Source: Bacteroidota bacterium
GTDB taxonomy: Bacteria; Bacteroidota; Bacteroidia; Bacteroidales; CAIXZF01
Direction: 5' to 3'
Assembly (NCBI GenBank): GCA_022709385.1
Contig: JAKLIX010000020.1
Coordinates: 12,578 to 76,577 of the forward strand
DNA: 64,000 nt
In this document: positions 41,346 to 50,715 of the stretch, one piece after another
How the letters are laid out: each line of letters starts with the position of its first letter
Position numbering within the stretch: the first letter of the stretch is position 1
Program-made: the position numbers and the translations under genes
The notes under the pieces: generated by a model
The model's input: only the letters and a program-made list of their open reading frames with translations
The model's database searches: none
Told to the model about the DNA's origin: nothing

Positions 41346-42118
41346 TTAAACAAAATGCTCTTCAATGCCCATATTAAACAAGGCATAGTCATACTTTACG
41401 GGATCATCCGGATCGAACAACCGCAATCTTGCGGTCAGTTCTTCCACGGCAGTCCAGTCATTGCTCTTTCTTTTCAGCAGTCCGAGTACCCTGGCGGTGT
41501 TTGCCGTGTGGACGTCCAGCGGGATCATCAGCCTGGCGGGACTGATACACTGCCACAAGCCGAAGTCCACACCCATCCGGTCGCGCCGTACCATCCACCG
41601 CAGAAACATGTTTATCCGCTTCGTACTGCATTGCGCATGGGGTCGGCCAGGTGCTTCACCGACCTGGAAGGGTAAGCGCCCTGCAACATCATGTTCCTGA
41701 AGTTGCTGATCGCCTGCCTGATTTCGACTTCCTTCCCCCCGGGGAAAAATACTTCTTCAAGGCTTCCGTGAGTACGGTAAATTTCCTGCAATGCTTTCAG
41801 AAAAAAGACGCAGTCCTCCCCATTGAAAGTGCGGTATACAAAATGACGAAACCGCCGGAAATCCTGCTCCCCTGCATGAAGGATAAAATCGTAAGGCGCA
41901 TGATCCATCAGCTTCACCAGGGTATTGGCCTTTAGAATGATCTGTGCCCTTCGGCCCCAGGCAAGGGTGGCGGCAAGCAGCCCGGCGATTTCAATGTCCT
42001 CCCTGCGTTCAAACTGGTGAGGCACGGATACCGGATCATTTGCGATAAATCCGCTCTGGTTATACTGGCCTGCCTTGTATTCCAGAAAGTCCCTGAGTTC
42101 CTGCACGGACATCTTCAT
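41346..42118 (-). pseudogene. TIGR02757/DUF2400 family gene interrupted by a frameshift
   Basis: ORFs 41612..42118 and 41346..41609 are the N- and C-terminal parts of one DUF2400-like protein in different frames. The conserved KRINMFLRWMVRRD segment reads across the stop of the first ORF in the second frame. Confidence 0.75.
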
Positions 42119-42807
42119 GGCATGCGTTCTTCTCCCACAAGCTTGCCCTGACTGTATCGCAACACTTTCTCCAGGCTTCCGTCAGACCGCCACCAGGTCT
42201 CGGGGCCTTCCTTCAGTCCGTTCTTAAAAAGGACTTCCCTCATTTTCAGTCCATTGTCGTACCAGGCCCGCTGTATGCCATTGCCATGGTCAAAATTGCC
42301 CTCACCAAGCGCAAGACCAACTGCACTGAAGTATTTCCATTTTCCATGAAACATACCCGACCGGTAAGAGCCCTCGATTTTGATCCTGCCGTTGGGATGA
42401 TATTCCCGGTAAGGCCCGTGAAGGGTGTCCCTGACATAATGCTGTTCTGTCGAAAGCTGCCCGTTAGCGTCGTAATATAGTGCTTTGCCCTCCTTCAGGT
42501 CGTCTTTGTAAGTGATTGTTGATTCCGGATTCCCGTTGAAGTACCAGCGGCTTGCGGTTCCGTCAAGCCTTCCTTTAATATAGTGGTATTCCATGGACTT
42601 ATTCCCGTTGGGATGATACCAGCTCGCTGTCCCGTGCAATTTCCCTCCCCTGTAATGGAGTTCCGATTTCAGGCTTCCGTCCGGGTAGGTTTCTTTCTTT
42701 ACATTTCCGCAAGCGAACAGTACCAGGACCAGCATCAGGGGGATGAAATACCATGTGACACATGGATGCTTCCATGTGCCACATGGTGTATTTCCAAAGA
42801 ACGTCAT
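42115..42807 (-). CDS. MORN-variant repeat lipoprotein (YwqK-like repeats)
   Basis: The sequence has repeated G-x-G-x-W-x-Y-x-NG units (WYHPNGNKSMEYHY, YYDANGQLSTEQHY, YHPNGRIKIEGSY) and a lipobox LFAC. The start is ambiguous between 42807 and 42735. The stop overlaps the next start (ATGA). Confidence 0.75.
   Translation of the reverse strand: MTFFGNTPCGTWKHPCVTWYFIPLMLVLVLFACGNVKKETYPDGSLKSELHYRGGKLHGTASWYHPNGNKSMEYHYIKGRLDGTASRWYFNGNPESTITYKDDLKEGKALYYDANGQLSTEQHYVRDTLHGPYREYHPNGRIKIEGSYRSGMFHGKWKYFSAVGLALGEGNFDHGNGIQRAWYDNGLKMREVLFKNGLKEGPETWWRSDGSLEKVLRYSQGKLVGEERMP
42751..42786. promoter_or_regulatory. Pair of 15-bp palindromes (CCATGTGaCACATGG and CCATGTGcCACATGG), centres 21 bp apart
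   Basis: Both arms are perfect. The order and spacing match 26292-26327, and the flanking bases are also similar. The pair lies at or just upstream of the 5' end of the MORN-repeat gene. Confidence 0.35.
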
Positions 42808-42846
42808 CGTATAGGATTGATTATTAATAGTATCCGAGGAGACTGC

Positions 42847-43593
42847 TTACATTCCTGCTTGCATCCGTTGCACAACCGCTGCGTACATCACCACACCTCC
42901 TGCCACCGATACGTTTAAGGAAGCGATCTCACCAAGCATGGGCAGCTTCACCAGCGCATCACAGTAAGGCAGGTAGGCCGGACTGATGCCGTCCTCCTCC
43001 GATCCAAGCAACAGCGCGGTAGGAAGGGTATAGTCCTGCTGATAGAACAACTGTTGCGCATGCTCACTCACGCCTATGATCCTGACACCGCTGTCTTTGA
43101 GGTACTGCATGCTGAGTTTCAGGTTCGGTTCCCTGCAGAGGGGCACCCGCATCATAGCCCCGGCAGAGGTTTTCACCGCATCCTCATTCAGGGCTGCGGA
43201 TCCTCTGGAAGGAAAAAGCACAAGGTCAACGGCACAGGCCTCGGCAGTGCGGCAAAGCGCCCCGAAATTCCTTACATCCGTGATCCTGTCCGCGATAAGG
43301 ATCAGAGGCACTTTTCCGGATTCATATAGCCCCGGAAGCCATTGCTCCAGTTGATAGTAGCTTACGGGCGATACAAAGGCAATGACACCCTGATGATTCT
43401 TGCTGCTGATGCGGTTCAGCTTTTGTACCGGAACAAACTGGAATGGGATATCCCGCTCCCGGCATGCATGAAACAACAATTGAATCTGATCACCATGCAA
43501 TCCCTTTTGAATTAGTATTTTATCTATTGTCTTCCCGGCGTGCAGGGCTTCCTGAACAGGCCTGATCCCATAGATCACCATCGCTTCCGTCAT
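42847..43593 (-). CDS. rlmB: SpoU/TrmH-family 23S rRNA 2'-O-methyltransferase (RlmB-like)
   Basis: 248-aa ORF with an N-terminal substrate-binding domain (IYGIRPVQEAL) and C-terminal SpoU motifs (LLLGSEEDGIS, NVSVAGGVVMY). Confidence 0.85.
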   Translation of the reverse strand: MTEAMVIYGIRPVQEALHAGKTIDKILIQKGLHGDQIQLLFHACRERDIPFQFVPVQKLNRISSKNHQGVIAFVSPVSYYQLEQWLPGLYESGKVPLILIADRITDVRNFGALCRTAEACAVDLVLFPSRGSAALNEDAVKTSAGAMMRVPLCREPNLKLSMQYLKDSGVRIIGVSEHAQQLFYQQDYTLPTALLLGSEEDGISPAYLPYCDALVKLPMLGEIASLNVSVAGGVVMYAAVVQRMQAGM

Positions 43594-44844
43594 TTATCTC
43601 CTCCAGTTTTCAACCGCATGATACCAGACTTCCTTATAGGTCGGATTGCGGTAAAGGTTAAAATCATTGTAAGTAAAAGGATTGTCAACACGAACAAAAC
43701 TGAATCTCAGAGAAAGGGAATATCCGGCATCGCCATAAACCCAGTTCTCGGTATTGATGTCCCTGAAAACATGGGTCGGCGGCCCGAATATCATGTAGAT
43801 CATTCCCCTGTCGGTCTTCCATCCCTCAAGATATGAGGTGAAATAACGGTTGGCATCCTGTACCCGGTTGTAATACTTTGCAATCTGAGCCCTGGCCCTG
43901 TTGATATTCCCGCAGTTTTCCAGCCAGAAACTGTCGATGGCCAGCTTGATGGAAGCAGCGGACGTAAGTGCCTGGTACTCCCGCGAGGTAGTAATATACC
44001 GCAGGGGTTCCAGCGTCCCGTCAACAGTGGTGATGCGCGGGAAATCGATGCCATGGAGAAACAGGGTGAACCCTTCTTTCCTGGAACTGTCTGCCTGGAA
44101 ATGATAAAATCCCGGTCGTCTGAAGGCCAGCACGCCGGTTTTTCCATCTTGCAGCGGAAGGCTGAAAAGGCTGTCTTCCCTGTAATCAAATGATTCCCCG
44201 TAGTCAACGGCAAAAGGAGGTATGGCAATCGGGAAGGCCCTGTGGTAGTACCGAACAAGCAGATTTCCGGTATGTCCCGAAGGCGCTTCAAGCGTAAATG
44301 CTTCCCCTTCAGTAATATAGGGGCGGTATAGCGGATTTCCGTCCAAACCTCTGGCCAGAAAAAACTGCTGATCACCCTCGTACACCTTGTACGCCATCAG
44401 GTAATGTGTCACTTCCTGCGCGCTGTTCATGTCAGTAAGCACCAGTTCCAGCAACTTCTCATACCCGGTGGGCAATGTGAGGAGCAATGAATCGGTTAAG
44501 AGGTAATTGTGTTGGAAATGAGCAGAATCAGTGATAAGGACGATCAGCGAATCTTCTACCGGCTTGCTTTCGTAACTGTCACGAATCAAGACTTTTAACC
44601 GGATGCGTGCCCTGTAAACCGGGTCGGTCTCGGTCTTTTGATAGCTAAAGTCATGTAACTGCAGTGAATAATACAGGACGGAACCGCTGTCGGACAAGTG
44701 ATGCAGGGCGTATTCAGGTCCGGTAAACCCGGCTTTTTCATCGTACAGTACTGAAAGGTTACGCTGACTCAGCTCGTAGGGCACGGTACAGGAACCAATG
44801 ACCCAAAGGCTGCAGAACAAAAGGTATCTAATACTGCTTCTCAA
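43594..44844 (-). CDS. GWxTD domain-containing protein
   Basis: 416-aa ORF with a signal peptide and a C-terminal GWKTDRGMIYMIFGPP motif. Confidence 0.8.
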   Translation of the reverse strand: MRSSIRYLLFCSLWVIGSCTVPYELSQRNLSVLYDEKAGFTGPEYALHHLSDSGSVLYYSLQLHDFSYQKTETDPVYRARIRLKVLIRDSYESKPVEDSLIVLITDSAHFQHNYLLTDSLLLTLPTGYEKLLELVLTDMNSAQEVTHYLMAYKVYEGDQQFFLARGLDGNPLYRPYITEGEAFTLEAPSGHTGNLLVRYYHRAFPIAIPPFAVDYGESFDYREDSLFSLPLQDGKTGVLAFRRPGFYHFQADSSRKEGFTLFLHGIDFPRITTVDGTLEPLRYITTSREYQALTSAASIKLAIDSFWLENCGNINRARAQIAKYYNRVQDANRYFTSYLEGWKTDRGMIYMIFGPPTHVFRDINTENWVYGDAGYSLSLRFSFVRVDNPFTYNDFNLYRNPTYKEVWYHAVENWRR

Positions 44845-46223
44845 TCTGCGTCAGTGTTTTCGGTTAACATGGATTCATCCGTCAAAGTAAATCGCTCGGG
44901 TATGCCCTTGCCGGGTTTAATGCCGAGTTTCTGCAGGTGTTGCACCCGCGACACAAGGTTCCCTTTGCCTGTATGCAGTTTGGAAACGGCATCTTCATAG
45001 GCTTTCTGTGTGTCGTTCAAAGATTTGCCCACCTTTTGAAGATCTTCGAGGAAGCCCACGAACTTGTCGAAAAGTCCCGCACCCTGCCTGGCAATCTCCA
45101 TGGCGTTGCGGTTCTGGTTTTCCTGCTTCCAGATCGATTGTATGGTTTTCAGCGTCGCCAGCAGCGTAGACGGGCTGACGATCACGATCTTATTTTCCCA
45201 GGCAACATCAAATACCTGGGCGTCTTCCCGGATGGCGGCGCTGAAAGAGGCTTCCACCGGAATGAACAGGAGAACAAAATCAGGACTGTTGTAATCGGCC
45301 TTCGCTTGGTAATTCTTTGAACTTAAAAGCTTTACGTGAGTGTAAACCGAGTTCAGATGCTCTTTGATATACTGCCTTCGTTCCTCCTCGGTATCGGCAT
45401 TGGTGTATTTCTCATAGGCGAGTAAACTGACCTTGGCGTCTATGATAATGTGTTTCTTATCAGGAAGATACACAACCACATCCGGTTGGTACCGCCGGCC
45501 GTCCTCATCGGTGCTGCTGACCTGGGTCTGGTACATGCTTCCCTTTTCCAGCCCGCTCTGCTCCAGGATGCGCTCCAGCATCACCTCCCCCCAGTTCCCC
45601 ATCTTCTTCACATCTCCCTTCAGTGCCTTGGTCAGATTGCTGGCTTCCTCGCTGATCCGTTGGTTCAGCATGAACAACTGCTTTACCTCCTCCTTCAGGC
45701 TGATTTTTTCACGCATCTCCTTGTCATAGGCCTCATGCACTTTTTGTTCAAACTGTTGGATGCGCTCCTTCAGCGGATTCAGCAAATCGTTCAGGTTCTT
45801 GGTACTGGCCTCGGAAAAGTCTTTGCTGTGTGTCTTGAAAAGCCGGTTGGCAATGTTCTCAAATTCCTGTTGCAGGCTGGTACGCAATTGCTGGATCTCA
45901 ACCTTCTGTTCCTCAAGACGCTGCTCCAGATAGCGGGCTGCTTCCCTGCCCTTGACCAGTTCGTTGCTCATTTCCAGGTTTTTACTTCTCAGCTCACCAA
46001 TCTCTGCTTTCAGATGACCTATTTCTGTGTCTTTCCCTGAGAGGTTGTCCTGATGGAAAAGTTTCAGGGACTCAAGATTCGACTCGGCCGTCACTGCCCT
46101 GTTCTCCAAATCCCTGGCCGATTGCAGGGCCTCATTCCTGATCCTGCCCATCCGCGCGTTCATGATCAGCCAGGCTGATATAAAACCTGCGAGGAGTCCG
46201 GCAAAAATATATATAGCTTCCAT
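44841..46223 (-). CDS. rmuC: DNA recombination protein RmuC
   Basis: The ORF has an N-terminal transmembrane helix, a long coiled coil and a C-terminal RmuC nuclease-like domain (PDVVVYLPDKKHIIIDAK). The ATG at 46223 (MEAIYIFAG...) avoids overlap with comEC. Confidence 0.88.
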   Translation of the reverse strand: MEAIYIFAGLLAGFISAWLIMNARMGRIRNEALQSARDLENRAVTAESNLESLKLFHQDNLSGKDTEIGHLKAEIGELRSKNLEMSNELVKGREAARYLEQRLEEQKVEIQQLRTSLQQEFENIANRLFKTHSKDFSEASTKNLNDLLNPLKERIQQFEQKVHEAYDKEMREKISLKEEVKQLFMLNQRISEEASNLTKALKGDVKKMGNWGEVMLERILEQSGLEKGSMYQTQVSSTDEDGRRYQPDVVVYLPDKKHIIIDAKVSLLAYEKYTNADTEEERRQYIKEHLNSVYTHVKLLSSKNYQAKADYNSPDFVLLFIPVEASFSAAIREDAQVFDVAWENKIVIVSPSTLLATLKTIQSIWKQENQNRNAMEIARQGAGLFDKFVGFLEDLQKVGKSLNDTQKAYEDAVSKLHTGKGNLVSRVQHLQKLGIKPGKGIPERFTLTDESMLTENTDAD

Positions 46224-46293
46224 ATAACAAGAGGTTTCTCCCTCGGGGTGAACTGCCCGGAATGATAATCCCCGGCACACTCCGAAGGCTCGG

Positions 46294-48360
46294 TTATCTG
46301 TCCCTGGCCGCTGAACGGCCTGTAAAATTAGCAATATTTTTTTCACGCTGTCTGATCAAAAACCACCCTGTTCCTTTCAGATCAGTAACTGCAGCTCCCG
46401 CGGCACCGGCCGCGTGAAGCCACTGTTTCTTTTTTCGGGCCTTTGGTGGAAGGATCAGGCGGCCTGGTCTCAATCCATCCATCTCCGGCATAAAGGACGG
46501 GCTGCTTGTTTCCTGCAGAATCCATACGCATCCGGGTTCCGGCCTGACCTTACCGTCCAGGGTGGTATAAGCAGCCATGCTTCTGCGGGAAACTGCATAT
46601 TGATGGCAATATGCTCCCAGCGACTGCCAGATTCCCGCACTGTCAGCCAGCAGTTCAGGCGGACACAGGCAATATAAAACATCACCCTGCCTGATTCCGG
46701 TGACGCTCATTTTCCTGTGGGTAAAAATAAATGCCGATTCAGTGCTTAAATTTTTAATCCTCAGCCCGGCATTGCAGATACCCATCCCAAGCAAACAAAG
46801 CAGGACTGAGATGAAAAGGGACGGCTTTTTTATCCTTATCCATTGGAAAAACAGCATCAGCAGCAGGTAGAAAAACCCGACGGCAGGCACCGCCGGATAC
46901 AGCCCTTCCAGTGTACTGTAAGGAAGACTGCCGGTAAGCTTCACGGCGGTATTCATCAGCATGAGGGTCAGTCCGAACAATTGTCCCGCCAGGCCGGCCA
47001 GGAAAGGGCTCCATGAAAGGAGCAACATGCCGGTACCTGTGTACATGGCGAGGGTGGACACCGGAATAAGCATCAGGTTAGCCGGTATGAACCACAGGGG
47101 AAACTGGTGGAAATGCAGCATGGCCAATGGCCCGGTGACAAGCTGCGCCGCGATGGTAACACATACCATCTGCCAGATCCAGTCAATGATACGGTTGGGA
47201 ATGTACCAGATATTCGAAAGCCGGGGCTGGATCGTAACGATTCCGATCACAGCCAGGTAAGAGAGTTGAAATCCGTAATCAAACAGGTTCACCGGTCTGA
47301 TCCATAAAAGGACAAAAGCCGACACCGCCAAAGAGTTCAGGATGTCGTTCCTGCGTTTGAATGACCGGGCGATGATCAGCATGCTGAACATCAGGGCTGC
47401 TCTTTGTACCGAAGGACTTAAACCGGTGAGAAAAGCATAAGCCCATATCAGGGCCACCAGGAATACTGCCCTGATGATCCCATGCGTACCGGTCTTTTTC
47501 AAAAAGAAAAGAAATTTACTGAATATCAGAAAGATTAAGCCTACATGAAGGCCCGATACGGCAAGAATATGGGTTACTCCCGCTCTTGTCCATGCCCCTT
47601 GCAGCTCGGGATCAAAACCATCGGTATACCCCAGCAGCATCGCGCAGCCCACGGCTTCCTCCTCACTGCCGGGTGTTTTCTCCCTGACCAGGGCCACCAG
47701 GCGTTGCTGACACGCCCGGACCAGACGCCTTACCGACCAGGAGACGCCCTGGTCAAAGAAATACCATTGCCCCGAGGCAACATACGCCTGGTGATGGATC
47801 CCCCTGATATCCAGGTAGGATGCATAATCAAATCCTGATGGAACGCCGGCTCCCCTGATGTCTTTTATCCCTGCCCGTATGATCAGCCTGTCTTTGATCC
47901 CCAGACGTTCGGAAAGACTGTCCCGCTCCATGTAAATCAGCAAATTGCCGCCCGCAGCATATACCGAATCCCCATCAAAGACATGCGTGACTTTTCCGAA
48001 AAATCGCAGGGTCTTCTCTTTGAACCTCAGTGGATTGGTCACCTCGATCAGGTACAGGGAGCCGGATTGCGGCGGACTTCCGAAAGCATAACCGGCTTGG
48101 TGGGCAGGATCATAGCGGTGAAGCATCGTGGTTCCGGACAGGAAAAAGAAACATTGGATCAACGCCCCGGGTATCCATCGTGAGCGGAAACTTAGCAGCT
48201 GCCGTTGCCATACCAGCAATACTCCCTGCAGGAAAATGAGCAGGAGCAATACACCCGTGATGAGGGTGTCATGATGGCAGCAGCCCCGCGAACCGGCTAA
48301 AATGCCGGTAATCAGCGGGATGACGAGCCTCAGGAACGGAAGCCGGTGCCAGGGATTCAT
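46294..48360 (-). CDS. comEC: ComEC/Rec2 family competence membrane protein
   Basis: About 688-aa polytopic ORF with the ComEC competence domain (GVTHILAVSGLHVG). The ATG at 48360 follows the TTG at 48363. Confidence 0.85.
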   Translation of the reverse strand: MNPWHRLPFLRLVIPLITGILAGSRGCCHHDTLITGVLLLLIFLQGVLLVWQRQLLSFRSRWIPGALIQCFFFLSGTTMLHRYDPAHQAGYAFGSPPQSGSLYLIEVTNPLRFKEKTLRFFGKVTHVFDGDSVYAAGGNLLIYMERDSLSERLGIKDRLIIRAGIKDIRGAGVPSGFDYASYLDIRGIHHQAYVASGQWYFFDQGVSWSVRRLVRACQQRLVALVREKTPGSEEEAVGCAMLLGYTDGFDPELQGAWTRAGVTHILAVSGLHVGLIFLIFSKFLFFLKKTGTHGIIRAVFLVALIWAYAFLTGLSPSVQRAALMFSMLIIARSFKRRNDILNSLAVSAFVLLWIRPVNLFDYGFQLSYLAVIGIVTIQPRLSNIWYIPNRIIDWIWQMVCVTIAAQLVTGPLAMLHFHQFPLWFIPANLMLIPVSTLAMYTGTGMLLLSWSPFLAGLAGQLFGLTLMLMNTAVKLTGSLPYSTLEGLYPAVPAVGFFYLLLMLFFQWIRIKKPSLFISVLLCLLGMGICNAGLRIKNLSTESAFIFTHRKMSVTGIRQGDVLYCLCPPELLADSAGIWQSLGAYCHQYAVSRRSMAAYTTLDGKVRPEPGCVWILQETSSPSFMPEMDGLRPGRLILPPKARKKKQWLHAAGAAGAAVTDLKGTGWFLIRQREKNIANFTGRSAARDR

Positions 48361-48411
48361 CAAAGGCTTTAACTGTATATATGCAGCAAAAGCCCTGATC
48401 CGGAAAAAAAA

Positions 48412-49215
48412 TCAGAAATTTCTTTTGCGGAATTCCAGACTGCCGGAATAACTGACAAGGATGGCCAGAATTCCGTAAATGATGGTCAGGCGGGGAAACA
48501 GGCTCACACTTTGTTCGGGGCCTTTCATGAAGCTGAAAATCCTGGCAAACGGATAAGCATAAGGATCGTAACTGAACACCACTTCCATGGATTTGGCATG
48601 CTGTATCATTCCCGACATACCCATCACGATCAGAATGGCGATGGGCAGGATGATCATTCCGATGCCGATGATAATGGGCAGCACAAGGTTACGCAGCCTG
48701 GTGCTCAGCCAGTATTGAAGGGAGATGATAAACAAAGCGGCGATATAGGGTTTCAGCAGGGAAAGGCTGAACTTCAGCAACGGGACGCCGCCTTCCAGAA
48801 AATGAAACTTCAGCGGATTGATCTGATGCAGGAGAAAGACACCGGCGTAGGCTACCAACAGCATCAGCAGCCAGGAAACCAGCACCAGCAGCAGGATCAT
48901 GGAAAGCTTGGCGAAGTAAACCGTTGACCGGTTCAGCGGCATGCAAAGTAAGTGCTTCCAGGTATTTGACTTATGTTCCAGATGGACGCTGTACGCGATC
49001 AACATTACCAGGAAAAAGGGAAGAAAGAAGGAAAGGGTGTTTTGCAGGCTGAAGGCATAGCGTATCCAGGGACTGGCATCTTCGATCTTCATATGGTAAA
49101 CGGAAAGACAGATAATACCCACGGTGAAGAGCGGGAAGGCTGCCAGTATCCAAAGGGCGAAGGTTCTTTTATGTTTGATCAGCTCGGTATAAAGTGCTGC
49201 TTTAAAACCGTTCAT
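48412..49215 (-). CDS. ABC-2 type transporter permease
   Basis: 267-aa ORF with about six transmembrane segments, directly downstream of the ABC ATPase. Confidence 0.75.
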   Translation of the reverse strand: MNGFKAALYTELIKHKRTFALWILAAFPLFTVGIICLSVYHMKIEDASPWIRYAFSLQNTLSFFLPFFLVMLIAYSVHLEHKSNTWKHLLCMPLNRSTVYFAKLSMILLLVLVSWLLMLLVAYAGVFLLHQINPLKFHFLEGGVPLLKFSLSLLKPYIAALFIISLQYWLSTRLRNLVLPIIIGIGMIILPIAILIVMGMSGMIQHAKSMEVVFSYDPYAYPFARIFSFMKGPEQSVSLFPRLTIIYGILAILVSYSGSLEFRKRNF

Positions 49216-49221
49216 AATTCA

Positions 49222-50121
49222 TTAGTATTGAATGATTTCAAGGAAGGAGGTTTCCAGATCGCGACTTTCCGTATGGACTTCATATACCTGAATACCTGAC
49301 TGAACCAGCAGGGACACGGCCCGGGCAATGTCTTCGCGCGATGAAACGGAAAGTTCAAGGAAGCCGCTGGGATGACCTTCGTTAACAGGTTTGTCAAGGA
49401 TGGCGGCTGCCCTGAGGTTGTCGGAGGTTTCAAGTCTGACGTCTACGTTTCCGCCCCTCCGGCTTACCAGTTGTTGCATGCTTCCCTGGTACAGGATCTG
49501 CCCTTTGTGGATCACTGCCACATGATCGCATAATTTTTCAATCTCTCCAAGTATATGACTGGAAATGAATATAGTGACACCCTTCTCGCGGTTCAGGTTC
49601 TGCAACAACTGCCGGATCTCAATAATCCCTGCCGGATCCAGTCCGTTTACCGGCTCATCGAGGATCAGCAGCTCCGGCTCGCCGGCAAGCGCCAGGGCAA
49701 GCGCCAGCCTTTGCTTCATACCGCTGGAAAACTGCCTTACCGGCCGGTGTGCATCCTTGGCCAGCCCCACTGTTTGCAGAAGTCCGGGGATGGATGCAGC
49801 CTTCCTGCCCTTCAGCCGAAGGCAGATATTCAGATTCTCGCTGGCGCTGAGATGCCCGTAAAGACTGGGCTCTTCGACCATCACACCCGTGCGCGACAGG
49901 ATGTCCGTTCGCTTGCTTCTCAGTTCCATCCCGAAAAGCGCAAGTGCTCCTTCCCGTGCATGAAGCAAACCCGTAAGACACTTGATGGTGGTTGTTTTGC
50001 CTGCACCATTCGGGCCGACAAAGCCGAAAATACTGCCTGCCGGGACTGACAGGCTGATGTCCTCCAGAATTTTTCTTCGCCCGTAAGAGAAATGTAAGTG
50101 GCTGATACTGATTAATGACAT
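49222..50121 (-). CDS. ABC transporter ATP-binding protein (BcrA/ABC-2 exporter type)
   Basis: Walker A (GPNGAGKTT), signature (FSSGMKQRLALA), Walker B (LLILDEP) and H-loop (SSHIL) are all present. Confidence 0.92.
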   Translation of the reverse strand: MSLISISHLHFSYGRRKILEDISLSVPAGSIFGFVGPNGAGKTTTIKCLTGLLHAREGALALFGMELRSKRTDILSRTGVMVEEPSLYGHLSASENLNICLRLKGRKAASIPGLLQTVGLAKDAHRPVRQFSSGMKQRLALALALAGEPELLILDEPVNGLDPAGIIEIRQLLQNLNREKGVTIFISSHILGEIEKLCDHVAVIHKGQILYQGSMQQLVSRRGGNVDVRLETSDNLRAAAILDKPVNEGHPSGFLELSVSSREDIARAVSLLVQSGIQVYEVHTESRDLETSFLEIIQY

Positions 50122-50277
50122 ATCTGGTGTAAGCTGAATGAAAAATTGACCGAACAGTCCTGAAATTTGACCCGATGTTTGACAAAACTATGACAATTCC
50201 GCATTATTGCGGCAGACTGATGTTTTTCAATTATTTTTGAGCCGGATTGTGAACCACCGACAATTCTTCATGCCGCC

Positions 50278-50715
50278 ATGCACAAACTGTTGTTTTTTAT
50301 CCTGTTGATCATTGTTGCCGGAAGTAGCCAGGCACAGCCTCAGACGGAAAACAAAGAATTAAAGGCCATAGACTCGCTGCACAACAGCACTGCTGTCGAC
50401 TATCTCGAACAGTGGCTGGCCGGGGACAAGCAAGGATCATTGTACAATAAGGTGTTGGTATTCAGCAACCCCGACTGTCACCATTGCGATGATGTGAAAA
50501 AGGTACTGAATGAATCCCATATCGTATTTGTGGAGTTTGACCTCCGCGACATGCGCCTGGTCGGCCTGCTGCATAACATGGTTGTGAGAAAAGAGAAGTC
50601 CGATAAGGTCGCCTATGGATTTCCCATTGTGCTGTACCGCGATGACATGTGGTACAGCATCCGGGATTTAACAGTGTTTCGCCAGGAATTAATGACCAGG
50701 CTGGGGGGGAACTGA
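50278..50715 (+). CDS. Secreted glutaredoxin/NrdH-like thioredoxin-fold protein
   Basis: 145-aa ORF with a signal peptide and the motif VLVFSNPDCHHCDDVKKVL (a CxxC). Confidence 0.65.
   Translation: MHKLLFFILLIIVAGSSQAQPQTENKELKAIDSLHNSTAVDYLEQWLAGDKQGSLYNKVLVFSNPDCHHCDDVKKVLNESHIVFVEFDLRDMRLVGLLHNMVVRKEKSDKVAYGFPIVLYRDDMWYSIRDLTVFRQELMTRLGGN

Noticed and set aside
42115-42807. Annotation-style reading of the MORN-variant repeat protein as a YwqK-family antitoxin, which would imply a toxin-antitoxin locus.
   Set aside because: The protein carries a lipoprotein-type signal and repeat-only architecture. No toxin-like partner is adjacent; the neighbours are rlmB and a DUF2400 gene. A TA module is not supported.
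44841-50121. Whether RmuC, ComEC and the ABC-2 exporter form a defence or otherwise novel system. RmuC-like nuclease domains do occur in some defence islands.
   Set aside because: RmuC here has the standard housekeeping architecture of a transmembrane helix, coiled coil and nuclease domain. ComEC and the ABC pair are ordinary. There are no helicase, methylase, integrase or other island hallmarks, and the flanking genes are core functions such as rlmB, lpxB and surE.
50140-50200. Direct TTGAC and TGACA words at 50146, 50167, 50179 and 50191 in the divergent spacer between the ABC-2 exporter and the glutaredoxin-like gene, as a possible response-regulator binding array.
   Set aside because: The pentamers are short, their spacing is irregular (21, 12 and 12 nt), and no regulator gene is adjacent. 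They are easily explained by chance in an AT-rich spacer.
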